A stretch of 63,688 nt of DNA, counting the filler, from Asterionella formosa (Eukaryota): assembly GCA_002256025.1 (NCBI GenBank). It is 13 parts of 13 records of this genome, joined end to end, with 100 filler letters (N's around TTAATTAATTAA, not from the genome) between each part and the next. Parts side by side here need not be neighbours in the genome. Positions count along the whole stretch, not along the records: positions 19,652 to 24,462 come from NKIB01013349.1; positions 24,563 to 29,372 come from NKIB01013350.1; positions 29,473 to 34,279 come from NKIB01013351.1; positions 34,380 to 39,183 come from NKIB01013352.1; 9 more parts are not named here. One strand, given 5' to 3'. Positions within the stretch are counted from its first letter, which is position 1, and each line of letters opens with the position of its first letter. Positions 23,823 to 37,302 of this stretch are shown one piece after another. The position numbers were made by a program, and so were the translations under genes. A model generated the notes under the pieces. That model was not told the origin of the DNA, did not search any database, and worked only from the letters and a program-made list of their open reading frames with translations.

Positions 23823-26800
23823 TATCTTGACAATGGTGTGCTATACTTTGCATGCCCGAGCAGGGTTTACAATTTTGCCAACAAAGCAACGAACAGCTTC
23901 TAGCCTTCCACACGCACTCTGTCAATACATTATACATGGATCTGCAGTTAGAGCAAGCCGCACAAGATGTAGGGCAATTGAGCCGGAGAAAATCGTAGGA
24001 GTCAAAATGGCCCCGGATAAATTTGAAAAATCGATGCAGCCAAGCAACTGTTTTTACAGGACGGAGGGAATACCAACCAGGCTGTAAGCGAAAAGCAATG
24101 TATGTTTCTTCGGTATGAAAGTTGATTGGGCCGGAAGTTAGGGAACGCCCATGCGTGTACCTGGTACCTGGTACACTCCGAGCACCAGGTACCCGTAATA
24201 AATATAGCAGAGCAGCAGCAACGATGTCGTGTCATTTTCGGTAGGTTGGCGTGCGTCATTATGTGCTCCAGTATTGTTTGCTTCGTTGCTTTCCACGACG
24301 AGGATTAGGTCATTCTGGAAGCAGGTCGTGCATACAGTAGACCGAAGTGCCAGCTACCGCACCATGGTAAGGTACGAGCTACCGGTACTCTACATGGAGT
24401 TGAAACAGATAAGTCAAATGAATCTTCTTGTTTGTATTTCCAAAATCAGCCCAGTCATGATCNNNNNNNNNNNNNNNNNNNNNNNNNNNNNNNNNNNNNN
24501 NNNNNNTTAATTAATTAANNNNNNNNNNNNNNNNNNNNNNNNNNNNNNNNNNNNNNNNNNNNCAGGAGCAAAGTGTATGCATGACAAGGAACATGAAAAC
24601 ATGATTTCAAAGGTTTCAGCCATCTATACATATATAAAGATTGGTAAGTTTAATTGTATATATAGTTGGACATTTGCATAGTTCAAACAAGATCATTACA
24701 TGGCACATTCTGTGTATACTAACATCAATTTTGATTATACATAATTCAAATATATACAAGGCATGATGAGTTCATAGCTTTCCATGACCTGTTGAATTTT
24801 TCAATTTGTCTTCTGTCAATTCTTGTACCTACAACTCAGTGGCTGATTTAATTAAGCCCCTTCATAAACAGGAGTCATCACCAATTTTTCAAATGGTCTA
24901 AATCATACATTTATGAATATAGACATCATGACCATATACATTCGAAAACTTCACATGGCCTACCGGTAGTACTGTATACTTGCTGGGTATTACTTCTATC
25001 ATGGGAGTACCACAATAGTGCATCGGAAAACTGAATATCCTCATGTGTTTAGGATCATTTGATCATATTTTTAAGATCAATTGATCCTAATTCCTGAAAA
25101 TAAAATTTGATCTTTCATTTTCTCATCAACGACACCGTTCATCATATGATCAATATGTCATGATCAAAGGTATAGGATGAACGAATCAAAAATTATTGAT
25201 TAAAGATCATAGTTTATACCGAAGTAGTTGCTCATGCATGTAACCCCCCAACACCTGCTGTATACAGTACGGAAGTGATAACCCCCAAGCTGCCAAATTT
25301 TTATGTCTTGTAAGAATTGTCGCAGCATGCATGCATACATGACTCCTACTGGTATATACAATGCGGAAATGATGACCACCAGACTACCGGTACTACCAAT
25401 CCTATAGGTCTTAAAGAATTATCGCAACATGGCTGCATAGATATCTAATGAAAGGGTATATGAATATGGAAATGATCAAATATAGTCTACACAAGGAGCA
25501 GTGCATCATATATGCCCTGTTATTTGAATTCCTATGAAATCTCTTGATCTGTTCTGCGCTTTTTCGCCACAATTGTTTTCATTGCTTCACTGGACAGCAT
25601 TCGAATGGATTGTGCTTCGCACAAAGTAATGATCAAAGTCCACCCCATTGCAGAATGGTGAGTCTCAAAACTGCTATGTATCAGCCAGTCAATTAAAATG
25701 GGACCATCTTTTGTGCACCCTTGTTGTGTTTGTACATTGACTTGGCAACTGTCAGCCAAGAGCAGCCATGGTGGGCTAAAAATTAGGTTCCTCTGTGTTT
25801 TTTGCCCCCGCCGGTTTGTCATTCTACCAGTACTTCCTCTCAATCAATACTAGTAAACTGAAAACCGTAATTAGATGAAAGAATGTTACTTCCGGCTTCT
25901 AATGTTTTTCATTGCACTACTGAAACTTGAATCCATAAATGGGCATTCAACTTTTGCTTCTTGCATTTTTGCAGTATAGACTGCTGGCTGGTGGGCGATA
26001 GTCCAAAGTGTCTGGCTTTTCATGAACATCTACGAAGTAGTGCTTTTCTCAATTTTTGTGTCGAAACACAACTGCTGCCTGCCATCCATTGAACCATTCC
26101 AGATACATCAAAGAAAACGCTCCTGTCGTCAAAGGTAAGGAACTAGTACGATGACAAAGGAAATCTAATGAGACATGAAAATTACAAAACCAGAATCACT
26201 CTGTTACTATACACAGACAGTCTCTTGCTTCTGTGTGCATATCGCCTGCCATGCTGCATTTCAATTCTAAACGTATTATTTTCTCGTTAGAGAGACGATG
26301 TAACATAGAAGTAGATTGTGCTGTTCTATAATGGATGTTGTTTAGCTATGATTGAGGTTGTAACACTCATCGATGCTCCGGTAACAGACCGGAAACCTTC
26401 GTGTTGTGTGATGAGCCATTGAGTTTTCATAGGATTTCTTTTCAAGTTCTTAGTAACGGATTGCATACGAACATACTGTGCACTGTAGATGATGATTCAT
26501 CGAAGACATATGATGACTTAAACGACAAATGAAGATTTTATCACAAACACTCGTTCCTCTCGACATGGCTGCTTTGTCGTTGTTGCAAGAATCGGAGTGA
26601 GGACTGAAGAGGATGATGAGCCAAATTACAGTACTTTAGCTGGTACATTTTCCTACCAAGAAATTCAAATACAGCAATCTAATAGAAACAATACATATAA
26701 TAATTAAATATACACAGTCAAAAGGCTTACTATTTAAATTACAAGGGCATTTATCAAAAATATTAGATGATATAACGAAAAATTATGATCAGATGATCAC

Positions 26801-27799
26801 AATCCTATGATGCATCATGGAAATATGATGGTTTTTATTTGCAGACGTACATATCCTATTCTATATGATATTTGGGCGTCGTTTCATTTATTTTTATTTA
26901 TAGAACTGTTATTTGGAAGGGTTATGGAAAACATAAAATACAAGAAATTCATATCCATCATCATAATAAAAAATATAAGATGAGAACTCCAAACTCAGGA
27001 TAATCCGTGCTTTTTTTTCCTGATCACCATTTTTGACCTAAATCAACGAAAGATCGACGCCCAATCGGCTGAGAACTAATAGTATGACTCCATCCGGTAT
27101 ATGCTCAAGATACATTCTAGTGCTTAAGAAGTAGAAAATGAATGATTTTTCATAAAAACGTGTTTTTTATACCGTCAGTGGGTCAATGCAATTTTTTACT
27201 GGTAGTAAATTAAAAAAAAGTTAACCTTCCTCTGGTGTCTACTACTACCATTATCAATTCTATTGTTGTATGCAGTGCATGGTGAACGATCTGTTACGTC
27301 ATATCTGATGAAATAAATCCAAATCAGCAGAATTGACTAGTAAAATCTGCTGAATCGACGCTATTTATTTAGTTTTCCGGGTTCTTTCATTCATCAGATT
27401 TGAAGCAATAAGTCACAACAGTATCATTATTCGAGCGCTTGGTTTGTGAATAGACTATACTATCACGACCATCTTTTTGGAGTCATGGATAAAAATTTCA
27501 AGGCAATTCGGAGGTAATTGAACTTTAATTTAATGTTTTCTAGGCTAAGAAAATCACCATCCTGACTCCTGGTATAGGGGTGGTTCCAATACGCCTACGG
27601 TACGTACACTGGTAGTACTAGTATGCATAATACCAATGAAAATTTTATTAGATAGTTCATACTACCACCTGGTAACGTAAGGCATTACAATTGCTCTGTT
27701 CACCACAGTTTCTATACACTGCTGTTTCACCAGATTTTTATATGACAAAAAATCTCATGAAAAAGTATTTTTACACAATAATGACTTATAATTGTTTAT

Positions 27800-27990
27800 T
27801 GAATATGTTCATAAATTTCGCAGAACATTTGCAAGACACACTGCAACCATGCTTTCCCTTAAAGCATCCACAAGCATTTGTGCATTCTTTCAGACACTTA
27901 CACCTTCTTTTTGACTTGTTGCTATCTTGAGGATAACACAAAGTATGAGCTTGCTGCATACTTATTTTTCTATAATTTTCACAAGCGAAA
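27800..27990 (-). pseudogene. Cys-rich CXC-like tail, probably from a transposon-encoded protein
   Basis: KISMQQAH...RRCKCLKECTNACGCFKGKHGCSVSCKC resembles the C-terminal Cys cluster of Ginger/KRBA2-like integrase proteins. No intact ORF upstream. Confidence 0.4.
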
Positions 27991-28529
27991 GTTCCAGGTC
28001 CTCCATGTATCACAGCAAGTGCTGCTCCTGAACGTAATGAATTTTTCCCAGCTGCTGCAACAGCTGCTTAAGGTCACTGGTGGTCCCTCGCCGAATTAGG
28101 TCAATCAATCTGGTTTCACCCAACATTCCACTATTTATTTGTCACTGGTCAAATTTTTCAGTCTCTTATCAAACTGATATACAAGACCTAAAATCAATTG
28201 CTGCAGTCCCTGCACTTCCTACAATAGTGCAACATGAGGAGGTATCCCTGTAAATACAAGAAAAGAAGATTCTGGGTCCCATGGATATAGGACCCATGTG
28301 CAGCTGCTGGCAAAGTCAAGCCCAACCTTGGCAACTCGAAATAATGTGGACTGCCTCATTGGATGCAAATGGTCACACAGCGATTTCCGCTGTTGCCCAA
28401 TGAAGTACAATTGCAGCCAAAAAATTCTGCAATGTTGCCAATTACTGGTGTGCCTATCATCATTAGGATAGTTGCGGCTTTTGTTGCAGATATCCACTGG
28501 GTTGTGATCACAACCTCAGCAGATTCAGA

Positions 28530-28973
28530 TTTTATAAATACAGCAGGGGGTGCAGAGAATTGGGCAAGTCCACTTAAAGCCCTTCCAACAAACATGTCCC
28601 CACCCTGCTCATATCAGATATAAAAATCTTTTGCTTTGCTCATCGACCATCCCTCCGGCACACTAATTGCACCAGGAAATGAACTCATGGAAGTAGCAAC
28701 CCCCTTTCTTATGAGGAAGTGTGTTCCTATATCCTCCCAGCAAATCTGGAGATCAAGAAGTTCATCCTCAGGGCTTCTCAAAGCCTTTTTTAATAAATTG
28801 GAAAATCTCTTGAATTGGCAATGGCCTGGAAACAACTGGCTATTACTTTCAATAGCTGTATTGAATTGACATAAATACATTCCAAGTGCAAAAAATGGAC
28901 AGATTACCCAGTCTATTGGATTGGAAGAAGTGCATAGTAAATATAAATATGTAGATTCCTTCAGGACAACCAC
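28530..28973 (-). mobile_element. Crypton-type tyrosine recombinase, degenerate fragment
   Basis: ICPFFALGMYL...QLFPG..QFKRFSNLL...DIGTHFLIRKGVAT...GWSM..AKDFYI*YEQGGDMFVGRALSGL matches the stramenopile Crypton HSxRKG / GWS / RYIRYE.GD.FVGR block. The in-frame TGA sits where Arg is expected. Confidence 0.8.
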
Positions 28974-31900
28974 TGCCTATGTAAAATGCCACGAGATAAT
29001 AACTACCAGAAAAAAAAGCCATTCGTCCGGTACCTGAGTACCGGTAGTCCCCTCAAATGATCAAACTTTACTCCTACCGTAAGTTCAACGAAGAAGTGCT
29101 AGATAAACCGCTACCGGTACTGTGTTAAACTAAACCATAAACTGGGAATGAACTGCTGAAGTTCAGACTTTGTTTGTCGAAAACTGGCCTACTGTCCGAA
29201 CAAAAAACGAAAATCAGCGTAAGTGTCCGGTAGATTGTCTGATGATGAGTTGCACAACCATTTTACCGGACACTGAGGTCGGTGTGTTCCGTTTGTACCA
29301 GCCATCTACATACGACAAATTCTACACACGAGTATATGGAGAAACGGAATCCAGAATCAGCTTGGATGTAATNNNNNNNNNNNNNNNNNNNNNNNNNNNN
29401 NNNNNNNNNNNNNNNNTTAATTAATTAANNNNNNNNNNNNNNNNNNNNNNNNNNNNNNNNNNNNNNNNNNNNTGATTGGGGTACCGGTACTTGACATCAA
29501 TTCAGTCCTATAAATGAGGAGTTCAACGCTTCGATCCTCCTTCTATCTAATATTAGCTAGGTGGTAGTACCGGTATATCCAGCACACAGAACAAATATCC
29601 ATGAAAGAAGTCTAGTGTCGTCACTTGATGATACCTGTCTCACAATCCTTCCCATATAAATACTGGTACCTGGTACCAGGTACCGAAAATATAGGCCCAC
29701 AGTTTATTATACTGAACAGTCGTTGGTATGAACCTAGGAGCGACGGGAGGATAGTACCGGCACGGCTCACATTCAACCATAGTAAACATTTGCACCGGTG
29801 TCAACATTTGTACATGGTATTCCAGTACAAGGTAACTGTATGATACTATTGTCATGGTCGCACTGCGTGAAATCGCAAGCATGACGATGCAATTTTTCTA
29901 TATATAAAATATAAAACATAAATTGTATATCATGTGTTCATGGACATACATATAGATACATGTACATTGAGATATCACGAACAGGCGATGACAGGGGAAG
30001 GAAAGATCCTCGATAGACAGAACACATACGATATGGTTAGTTATTCATTGAATTCTAGTTACGGTAGGAGATGGTACTGGTACCAGGCACCACCTCTGCT
30101 GTTTGCATATAGTACATGTATGTAGACTACACCATGTCTGGGAAGGCAGTGCAACCTGCCGGTATTACTCGTCGCCAAAACAACTCCGATGATTCTCAGA
30201 AATCATGATCTGGTCTAAAATTGCCTGGGTGCGCTATCACACATACATGCGATGGTCCATGCGCCCAACGATAATGCTGATGTCGTCCTTTCTTCATTTC
30301 TACGTTACACATAGAATAGCTAGTCTTGTAGTATTCCAGTACATCATGCAATCTGGAATGATGGGATGATGGGATCATCAGCAATACTGAAAGCCCTGTT
30401 GCACTAGCCTGAAATGAGCAATGGTAGGCAAGATAGAATCAAGAATTATTGTTGTGAGGACAAAATCAGGCCTACGAAAAATCAATGAATATCATGTGAA
30501 CAATGTGATTTAATCCTCTGGTCTCATAAAGATAATACCAGCCAAGTCTACAGCATAAATATTATAACATGAGCAAAGAAAATGTTAACGTTTAGCCAAT
30601 GCATGGTTGTTTTGAGTGCCATGTTAATAATCTAGGCTAGATGACTAGAGTATCAGTTAATCATCACATACATGATTAGAGCAAGCACTTGCCCCCAACA
30701 TCAGATGTACCAATATCATTGTTTGCATGTCCAAAGAAATATTGATGATGCGACTATATGAATCCTGCGAGAAGACAAGCAATCCAAAAACCAACCACAT
30801 CTTTTCGACAACAAATCGCTACTGGCGTCATCAATGAACTCATTTTACTTCAGACTGGACATGATAGATGATGATTTGAATGGTGAAAGGTGAATCGCCA
30901 GAGTCACTTCTCACTTTTTCTACAACCAAAACCTAGGTGAATACTAGATGTATATAAATCAAATCTGTTAGAGTATTTAAAATGGTTTCCTCAAGTAGAA
31001 CCCCTGCCTTGTATACTTGTAGGCAAGAGACCACCTCGAGCGTTTCTTGGCTTCAGCAATGTATCAGCAACAGATAATTGATTTGAACTGAAAATGGTCC
31101 ATTCTCCACATAAATTGTATCACTCCAAACATATCTGAGTGTATCGTACTAGTGCAATACAAATGCTCGTCAATGGCAACAGGCCAGTGATGAGCATTTC
31201 AATATACATGAGGAAGAACACACCGGTATAGATATATGTAGCCTTGTATGAAATAGTGTTTAAAACAAAATAACAAAATTCTCTAACAGAGAATACCAAT
31301 ACATACATGCTACCGGGAGACTTGTAAAGATATACTCCTTCTGTTCGTCAGATATAGCTGCAAACAAACTTTAGGTCACTGCCTCCCATGAGGAGCAAGT
31401 CCTTCCTATTTAAAAATCATTCCGAATGGAATGATGTGTATACTACTATGTGTCCTAACTTTTCTAGAATTAGGTGAACCTGACCTCGAATTTTTGCACG
31501 TTTTCCGTAGAATCGCGCCCCAACTGGAATGTTTGCTCTAGACCCCCCTTTTCGTTGACCCTTCATTACTCAATAGACATAAGTAGAAGAATTTAATACC
31601 AGAACATTGTAGAGGTGACAATACATTGTCAATTGATTGCTTTGCAGCCTCAAAAGGGAGGCTGATGAGACCGTTGACATGGATCATGGTGGCCTGCTCG
31701 TCATAAATCCGGGCATGTACCAAACATTACTAGCTACTTCATCATTTGACATCTGTAGAACAAAATTTTATTTGTTAAGAAAAGCATGCTTGTTAGTTCA
31801 TTTAGCTCAATGTCTTTGTTAGTAATAGCCGGTATTACACACATGGCTGGATACAGGCTAGTACTCTGGGTCTGGGCAACGAAAATCAACAGGAGCCCTA

Positions 31901-32527
31901 CTAGCTAGACGATACAAATGTGTCGCTATTTAGCATTATCTCCAAGTATAGTGGTACTTTCATGAAAGACAAGTTATCGTCATCATTAGTGAGTGGTATC
32001 TTTATTGGTAAAGCTTTGATCATTGCCACATCAAAGATATCATGGCGCGACAGTTTCAATAAATCATAACGCTGTACCCGGCCTATTACGCATGTTGTAA
32101 TAACGGATCATTTAATTCATTACAATGAACTGTTTGAGGGTATGCTTCGGATGCATTTTCGGCAGTCATGGGAGGAACGAGCCGTATACCGACGGAATGC
32201 CCCCTTGTCACTTCTCTCAGGCTCAGTCACAAAAGGGAAATCGTTTTTGAATGATGATCATGGATGTCGATTTCTTCGAAGGCACAGATGAGTTGATTTC
32301 AAGTTTACATATTTTTACATCTAAAATGCTATATTATAAAGAAGTGAGGAGTTGTTGCTACTCATCATCAATCATGTTCTCAATATCACAGGAGTGGAAC
32401 GAAGATCCTGTTCCATAAAATTCTGCATCAGTCAAGCAACCAACAGGAAAAAATGCAGTTTGAATCAGCCGTTGATCCCGAAAACCGAAATGACATCCAG
32501 TGATCAGAGATTGTGGCACCTTTGATA

Positions 32528-33262
32528 TCATATTCTTTCTATGCACAACAGAAGACTATCCAATTCATGGAGACTGAGATCGTCGAGTATTTTGTCATGT
32601 TTGGGAAAGGTTTGCCAGGCGCTTGTCGGTTGTGCTTCGTATGTGATATTCAAAGGACACAAATCAACTGGATAGGGATTGATTTGCTTTATGTACTCAG
32701 GAATATTTGACTCATACTGAACGTCAAATGATTGCTGTTGGTCTTCTACTTGCATTTCATCAAACGCTTCAAATTGGTTTGTGCTTGCTGCCATTTGAGT
32801 ATTATCTGTCGAGGAGGCCTGTAAAATGGCATCTTCCGACAGCAACTCCTTAAATATCTGCATCGTTAGCAACTGCAACTCCTCTTCTTTTTTGATTCTC
32901 CTTTGAACATGTTTCATGCATTTGATACGACCATCTGCGCTATCCCGCAAGGTATGACCCACTTTTTCTCGAGCTTCCGTGAGAGATAGCTTACACCAAA
33001 CCTCCTTGTTGTTGTTTCCATTCTTTTTCCAAAACACCAATCCTTCTTCCAAGATATCATCTGTAAGTTTCCGAACCAGCTTGGTTTTTTCTGTTCTACC
33101 ATGAGCGCAAACATAAGCGTCCATATTTTTTGCAATTAACATACGGAAGCGCTTGGTGCCTTCATGCTCAAAAAGGGTCTTTCCTCTTCCACAAAGGATA
33201 TCTCTCGAGGTGAATTGTGTACGAAATGGTACTTCATTGGTGGCGCTTTCGTCGCAGTTCAT
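32528..33262 (-). CDS. DUF6824-domain protein, 244 aa
   Basis: DILCGRGK...HEGTKRFR.LI...Y...EKTKLV...F.KK...W..LS..EAREKVGHTLRD is the signature of this diatom-expanded family. Confidence 0.9.
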   Translation of the reverse strand: MNCDESATNEVPFRTQFTSRDILCGRGKTLFEHEGTKRFRMLIAKNMDAYVCAHGRTEKTKLVRKLTDDILEEGLVFWKKNGNNNKEVWCKLSLTEAREKVGHTLRDSADGRIKCMKHVQRRIKKEEELQLLTMQIFKELLSEDAILQASSTDNTQMAASTNQFEAFDEMQVEDQQQSFDVQYESNIPEYIKQINPYPVDLCPLNITYEAQPTSAWQTFPKHDKILDDLSLHELDSLLLCIERI

Positions 33263-34052
33263 GATTTTCGATTTTCAATTTTGTGAGGATATTGAGAACG
33301 AACTTGCATTCATCACGGAATGCACCAAGCAAGTCTAAATATCTCGATATTTGATCGTGGTATCAAGCTGAAAATCGGGAGCAACTGTGCCTACCGGTAT
33401 ATCATTTCTTGCACACTGGTAATATTTTACTGGTCATTTAGGTAAAGATGTCATCTGGCCCAAGAACCCTTTCTAATTGAATGAAAAATTATCGGATTCT
33501 ATATACAGTAAATCGTCATCGAATTCGAATGGGACCCAAGCGTTCTTTTACCATAATCAAAAAGTTTTCATAACCGCGAGTAATTTTCATTGCGTGCGAC
33601 ATAATTCCAATCGACTTCATCTAAACAATATTTAGGAGGATAGTACATATTCATTTAACAGTTCTATTTATGACCGCGACAGAAGAAATGTACCGACAAC
33701 AGTGGTACTATGGTAATTACCAAGTAGTACCGGCACTCATATTACGGTAATAAGTACTCAGTACATTACAACAGTATGAATGCGCGAGGCAGTACAATGC
33801 CGGTATTTCAGGACATGGGGTACTGGTACCGGGATTGGAGTCCTGTGGCAAAAGAATACTTCTCATGATGCTCGAAACGATTTTGGCTGGTTCTGTTGAG
33901 ATTGAGTTTGCCTTCTAATCGAAAATAGTATTTATGCCAACAAGGACTATTGTCAGCACTTTTAAAAATCAAAAAGAGTTGATAAATCCCCAAATTTGAT
34001 AGACGGTGGCTCTCAACGTTTGTTTGTATTTGTGCTGTGCGGTACATCCATT

Positions 34053-34153
34053 AATTATTTCTTCTTGTAAACAGCATTCAACTTTCTCTTAAATAATAGA
34101 CAATTATTTCTTCTTGTAAACAGTATTCAACCTCTCTCTTAAATAATAGACAA
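34053..34153. repeat. 50-bp tandem duplication
   Basis: aattatttcttcttgtaaacag.attcaac.tctcttaaataatagac occurs twice. Confidence 0.95.
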
Positions 34154-34379
34154 ATCGAATCTATGACATTCGTTCCAGATGAAGCCTCGATTTCGAAATG
34201 AGTTGTGGTCCAGCCTGTTTGGTTGCTCCTGCTGCTGCAGTTATGAAGGGGTCGTTCAGAGTCACTCCACTCATGTCATNNNNNNNNNNNNNNNNNNNNN
34301 NNNNNNNNNNNNNNNNNNNNNNNTTAATTAATTAANNNNNNNNNNNNNNNNNNNNNNNNNNNNNNNNNNNNNNNNNNNN

Positions 34380-36565
34380 CTGAGGCTGAAGCGAAGGCGC
34401 AACGTCACCGTGGCATGATCAACATCATGGTATCTTGCGCTTTCACAAGTCTTGTTGCCATTGTAGCTGTTGTACTTGCAGTTGTGCTTACTCAGAACAA
34501 CAAACCGAATAATCCAACTTTAGTTCCAACATCATATGTTCCGGACAATCAAACGTTGGCTCCCACATTTGTAATTCCCTCTACACCATTGTATTTGTTT
34601 TTGTCTAATAACTCGTTTGATAATGGGGTTGCACTTTTGACCAATGGCACGCCACAACAGCAGGCAATGGTCTGGTTGGAAAGTGAGCAAGGTACTGGAG
34701 AAATCATGAATCCTGGGTTGCTTCAAATCTATGCCTTGGCGACTCTTTATTATGCAACCTCTGGAGACCAGTGGTTCAACAGTGGTTCATTGTGGCTATT
34801 GAGTACCGACAATTATTGTGATTGGTTTGGATTGGAATGCGATTCAAATAGAAGCCAGGTCATTTCAATGAATTTGACTAACAATACCTTAATGCGGTTC
34901 ATTCCCCCGGAAATTGGTCTTTTGTCAAGTTTAGGTAAGTTAACATAACTGGCAAGAGATAAAAAGAAATCATTGAAGATTGCTCACTAATGAAATGAGT
35001 CATATCATTTTACGACAAAGAATCTATTGATTTTTCGAGAAATGCCATAAATGGATCACTACCAAGTGAATTGGGTCTATTGAAAAGTGTTACAGATTTG
35101 TCTGTACAAATCTGTAATCTTACTGGCCCAATTCCAATGGAGCTTGGACAGTTGACCAACATCACAACGTTGTCATTGCATATAAACAAGTTGACAGGAA
35201 CACTTCCACCAGAAATTGGCCAATGGGCTAACCTTGTTGTTGCCTTGTCTCTACAAAATAATAAATTACAGGGACCACTTCCGACAGAGATTGGATTGTT
35301 GACAAAACTATCAGCATTGAATATGAACTATAATGACTTCACTGGTCCACTTCCTTCAGAAATTGGATATTTGACAAATCTCATTGATTTTAAAACAAAT
35401 TCCAACAGTCTCTTTGGTACACTTCCTACAGAGATTGGATACCTGAGAGGTCTAACAACATTGTATCTATTTGGAAACAAGTTGACTGGTCCACTTCCTT
35501 CAGAAATTGGCTATTTGACAAATCTCATTGATTTTGGAGCATCCAGAAACCAGTTCAATGGAACAGTTCCTACAGAGATTGGATTCTTAACAGGTCTAAC
35601 AAATTTAGTTCTTTGGAAAAACCAGTTGACTGGTGCACTTCCGACAGAAATTGGCAATTTGAAAATTATGGCATTATTTGCTGCAAACACAAACCATTTC
35701 AATGGAACACTTCCTTCAGAAATTGGATTCTTGACAAGTCTAACTTTATTGTATTTATATGATAATCAATTGACTGGTGCACTTCCAACAGAAATGGGCA
35801 ATTTGACAAGCATTGCAGACTTTCAAGCAAGCACAAACCATTTCAATGGGACACTTCCAACAGAGATTGGATACTTGACAAATCTAACGAAATTGTATCT
35901 ACATGATAATCAGTTGACTGGTTTACTTCCTACAGAGATTGGATTCTTGACAATTCTCAATGATTTTCAGATTCCATCCAATATGTTTACTGGTCCAATT
36001 CCCACAGAAATTGGTCTCATGTCTTCATTGAGTAAGTTTTGTTTATCTGAAACTTACATTTCTTGACCATTTGTTCTAAAATTTCACATTCTTGACAGCC
36101 ACATTAAATTTTGGAAAGAACAATTTTACAGGGCCAGTTCCAACAGAAGCATGTAATATTGCAACAATAATTTTTTGCCCACCGCTGATTTGCAACTGTG
36201 GTAGCTACTTACCTGGCCTTATGGCCTCATGTGGTGTGCCTAGTTCATTGAACAGTGTTCTGATCATTTCCATCTCTGTCTTGCAAGTCCAAAGTGGTTT
36301 TCCCAATAGCAGCTCTCTCATGACACAGCCAGCTCCCCAAATGTCGATAGACTCATCATACCTGGAGGCACCCAACAACAGCTCTGGTGGTCGATACCAC
36401 AATGATATCACCTTGGGGGTCAATGGTACTTTGTACTTGCGACTCAGTCCAAAGTCTGCTAATTTCAGCTCACCATTATATAACAAATTGGCGAGCTTTA
36501 AATCACGATGTAATATACGGAGTTTCCGTCAACTCCATGGTAAGTACCGGTTATACCGAGTCTGA
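34380..36565 (+). CDS. Membrane-anchored LRR receptor-like protein, 5' end probably truncated; join(<34380..34934,35021..36031,36099..36565)
   Basis: TM helix (LVAIVAVVLAVVL), TPQQQA..WL, YALATLYYATSG..W, CDWFGLEC cap and about 14 24-aa LRRs (LTGPLPTEIG). Two GTAAGT...AG introns (34935-35020, 36032-36098) keep the frame. The 3' ~120 codons read through an antisense kinase fragment. Confidence 0.85.
36210..36522 (-). pseudogene. Isolated cyclin-dependent kinase (CDK10/11-like) fragment
   Basis: LRILHRDLKLANLLYNGELKLADFGLSR...LTPKVISLWYRPPELLLGA..YDESIDIWGAGCV...LGTPHEAIRPG ends at a GTAAGT donor. There is no N-lobe, and a stop lies just upstream. Confidence 0.85.
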
Positions 36566-36630
36566 CAAAGTCCTGCCTATGTACATTTAATATATTGTAT
36601 ATTTTATATACTACTACCAGTAGCATTGGG

Positions 36631-37047
36631 ATGTCAAGCGACAACCAGCAAATAGCTGCAGCAGGAGGTATCACTACGATTCTGTCTGCAATGAAGACTC
36701 ATTCCTCAAATACTACTGTGCAAGAAAAAGGTTGTGGAGCACTTAGGAACTTGACTGTTAATGAAAACAATAAGGTGACGATTGCTGAAGCAGGAGGTAT
36801 CACTACAATTCTGTCTGCAATGAAGACTCATTCCTCCAATGCTACTGTGCAAGAAAATGGTTGTGTAGCACTTGGGAACTTGGCTTGGAATAATGACAAG
36901 AACCAGGTGACGATTGCTGAAGCAGGAGGTATCACTACGATTCTGTCTGCCATGAAAACTTATTCCTCCAATGCTACCATGCAAGAGCATGGTTCTGGAG
37001 CACTTGCAATAGATCTTTTGCTACATGGAAATCAGTTGGCTCGATGA
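36631..37047 (+). pseudogene. Three armadillo repeats; a fragment or very short gene of the same family as 9829-10100
   Basis: AGGITTILSAMKTHSSN.TVQE.GC.AL occurs three times, near-identical in DNA to the ARM repeats on contig 3. Confidence 0.75.
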
Positions 37048-37302
37048 CACTGCCATGACGGCTGCTACTCATACTACTCATACATGCACAGCATCATTGT
37101 GTTCAAATCCTTTCTAATGCCTCAACCAAAGTTGTTGGAGCCTATTGAGTGGACAATACAGAGGAGGGACTGGAAGGCCCTATACAGCCTTTCTACGGCG
37201 CTGCAATTTGATGACACATCGCATTTGCGCTCTTTGAACAAACACTCATCAACGACATAATTCACTCAGCATACTACATGATCATGTCAAGACAAGATTA
37301 TT

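Noticed and set aside
29473..32400. Short ORFs and possible decayed coding sequence, also at 4000-4660, 15550-16500 and 25500-26600
   Set aside because: No recognisable motifs. These are probably old repeat remnants, but I cannot support a call by eye.
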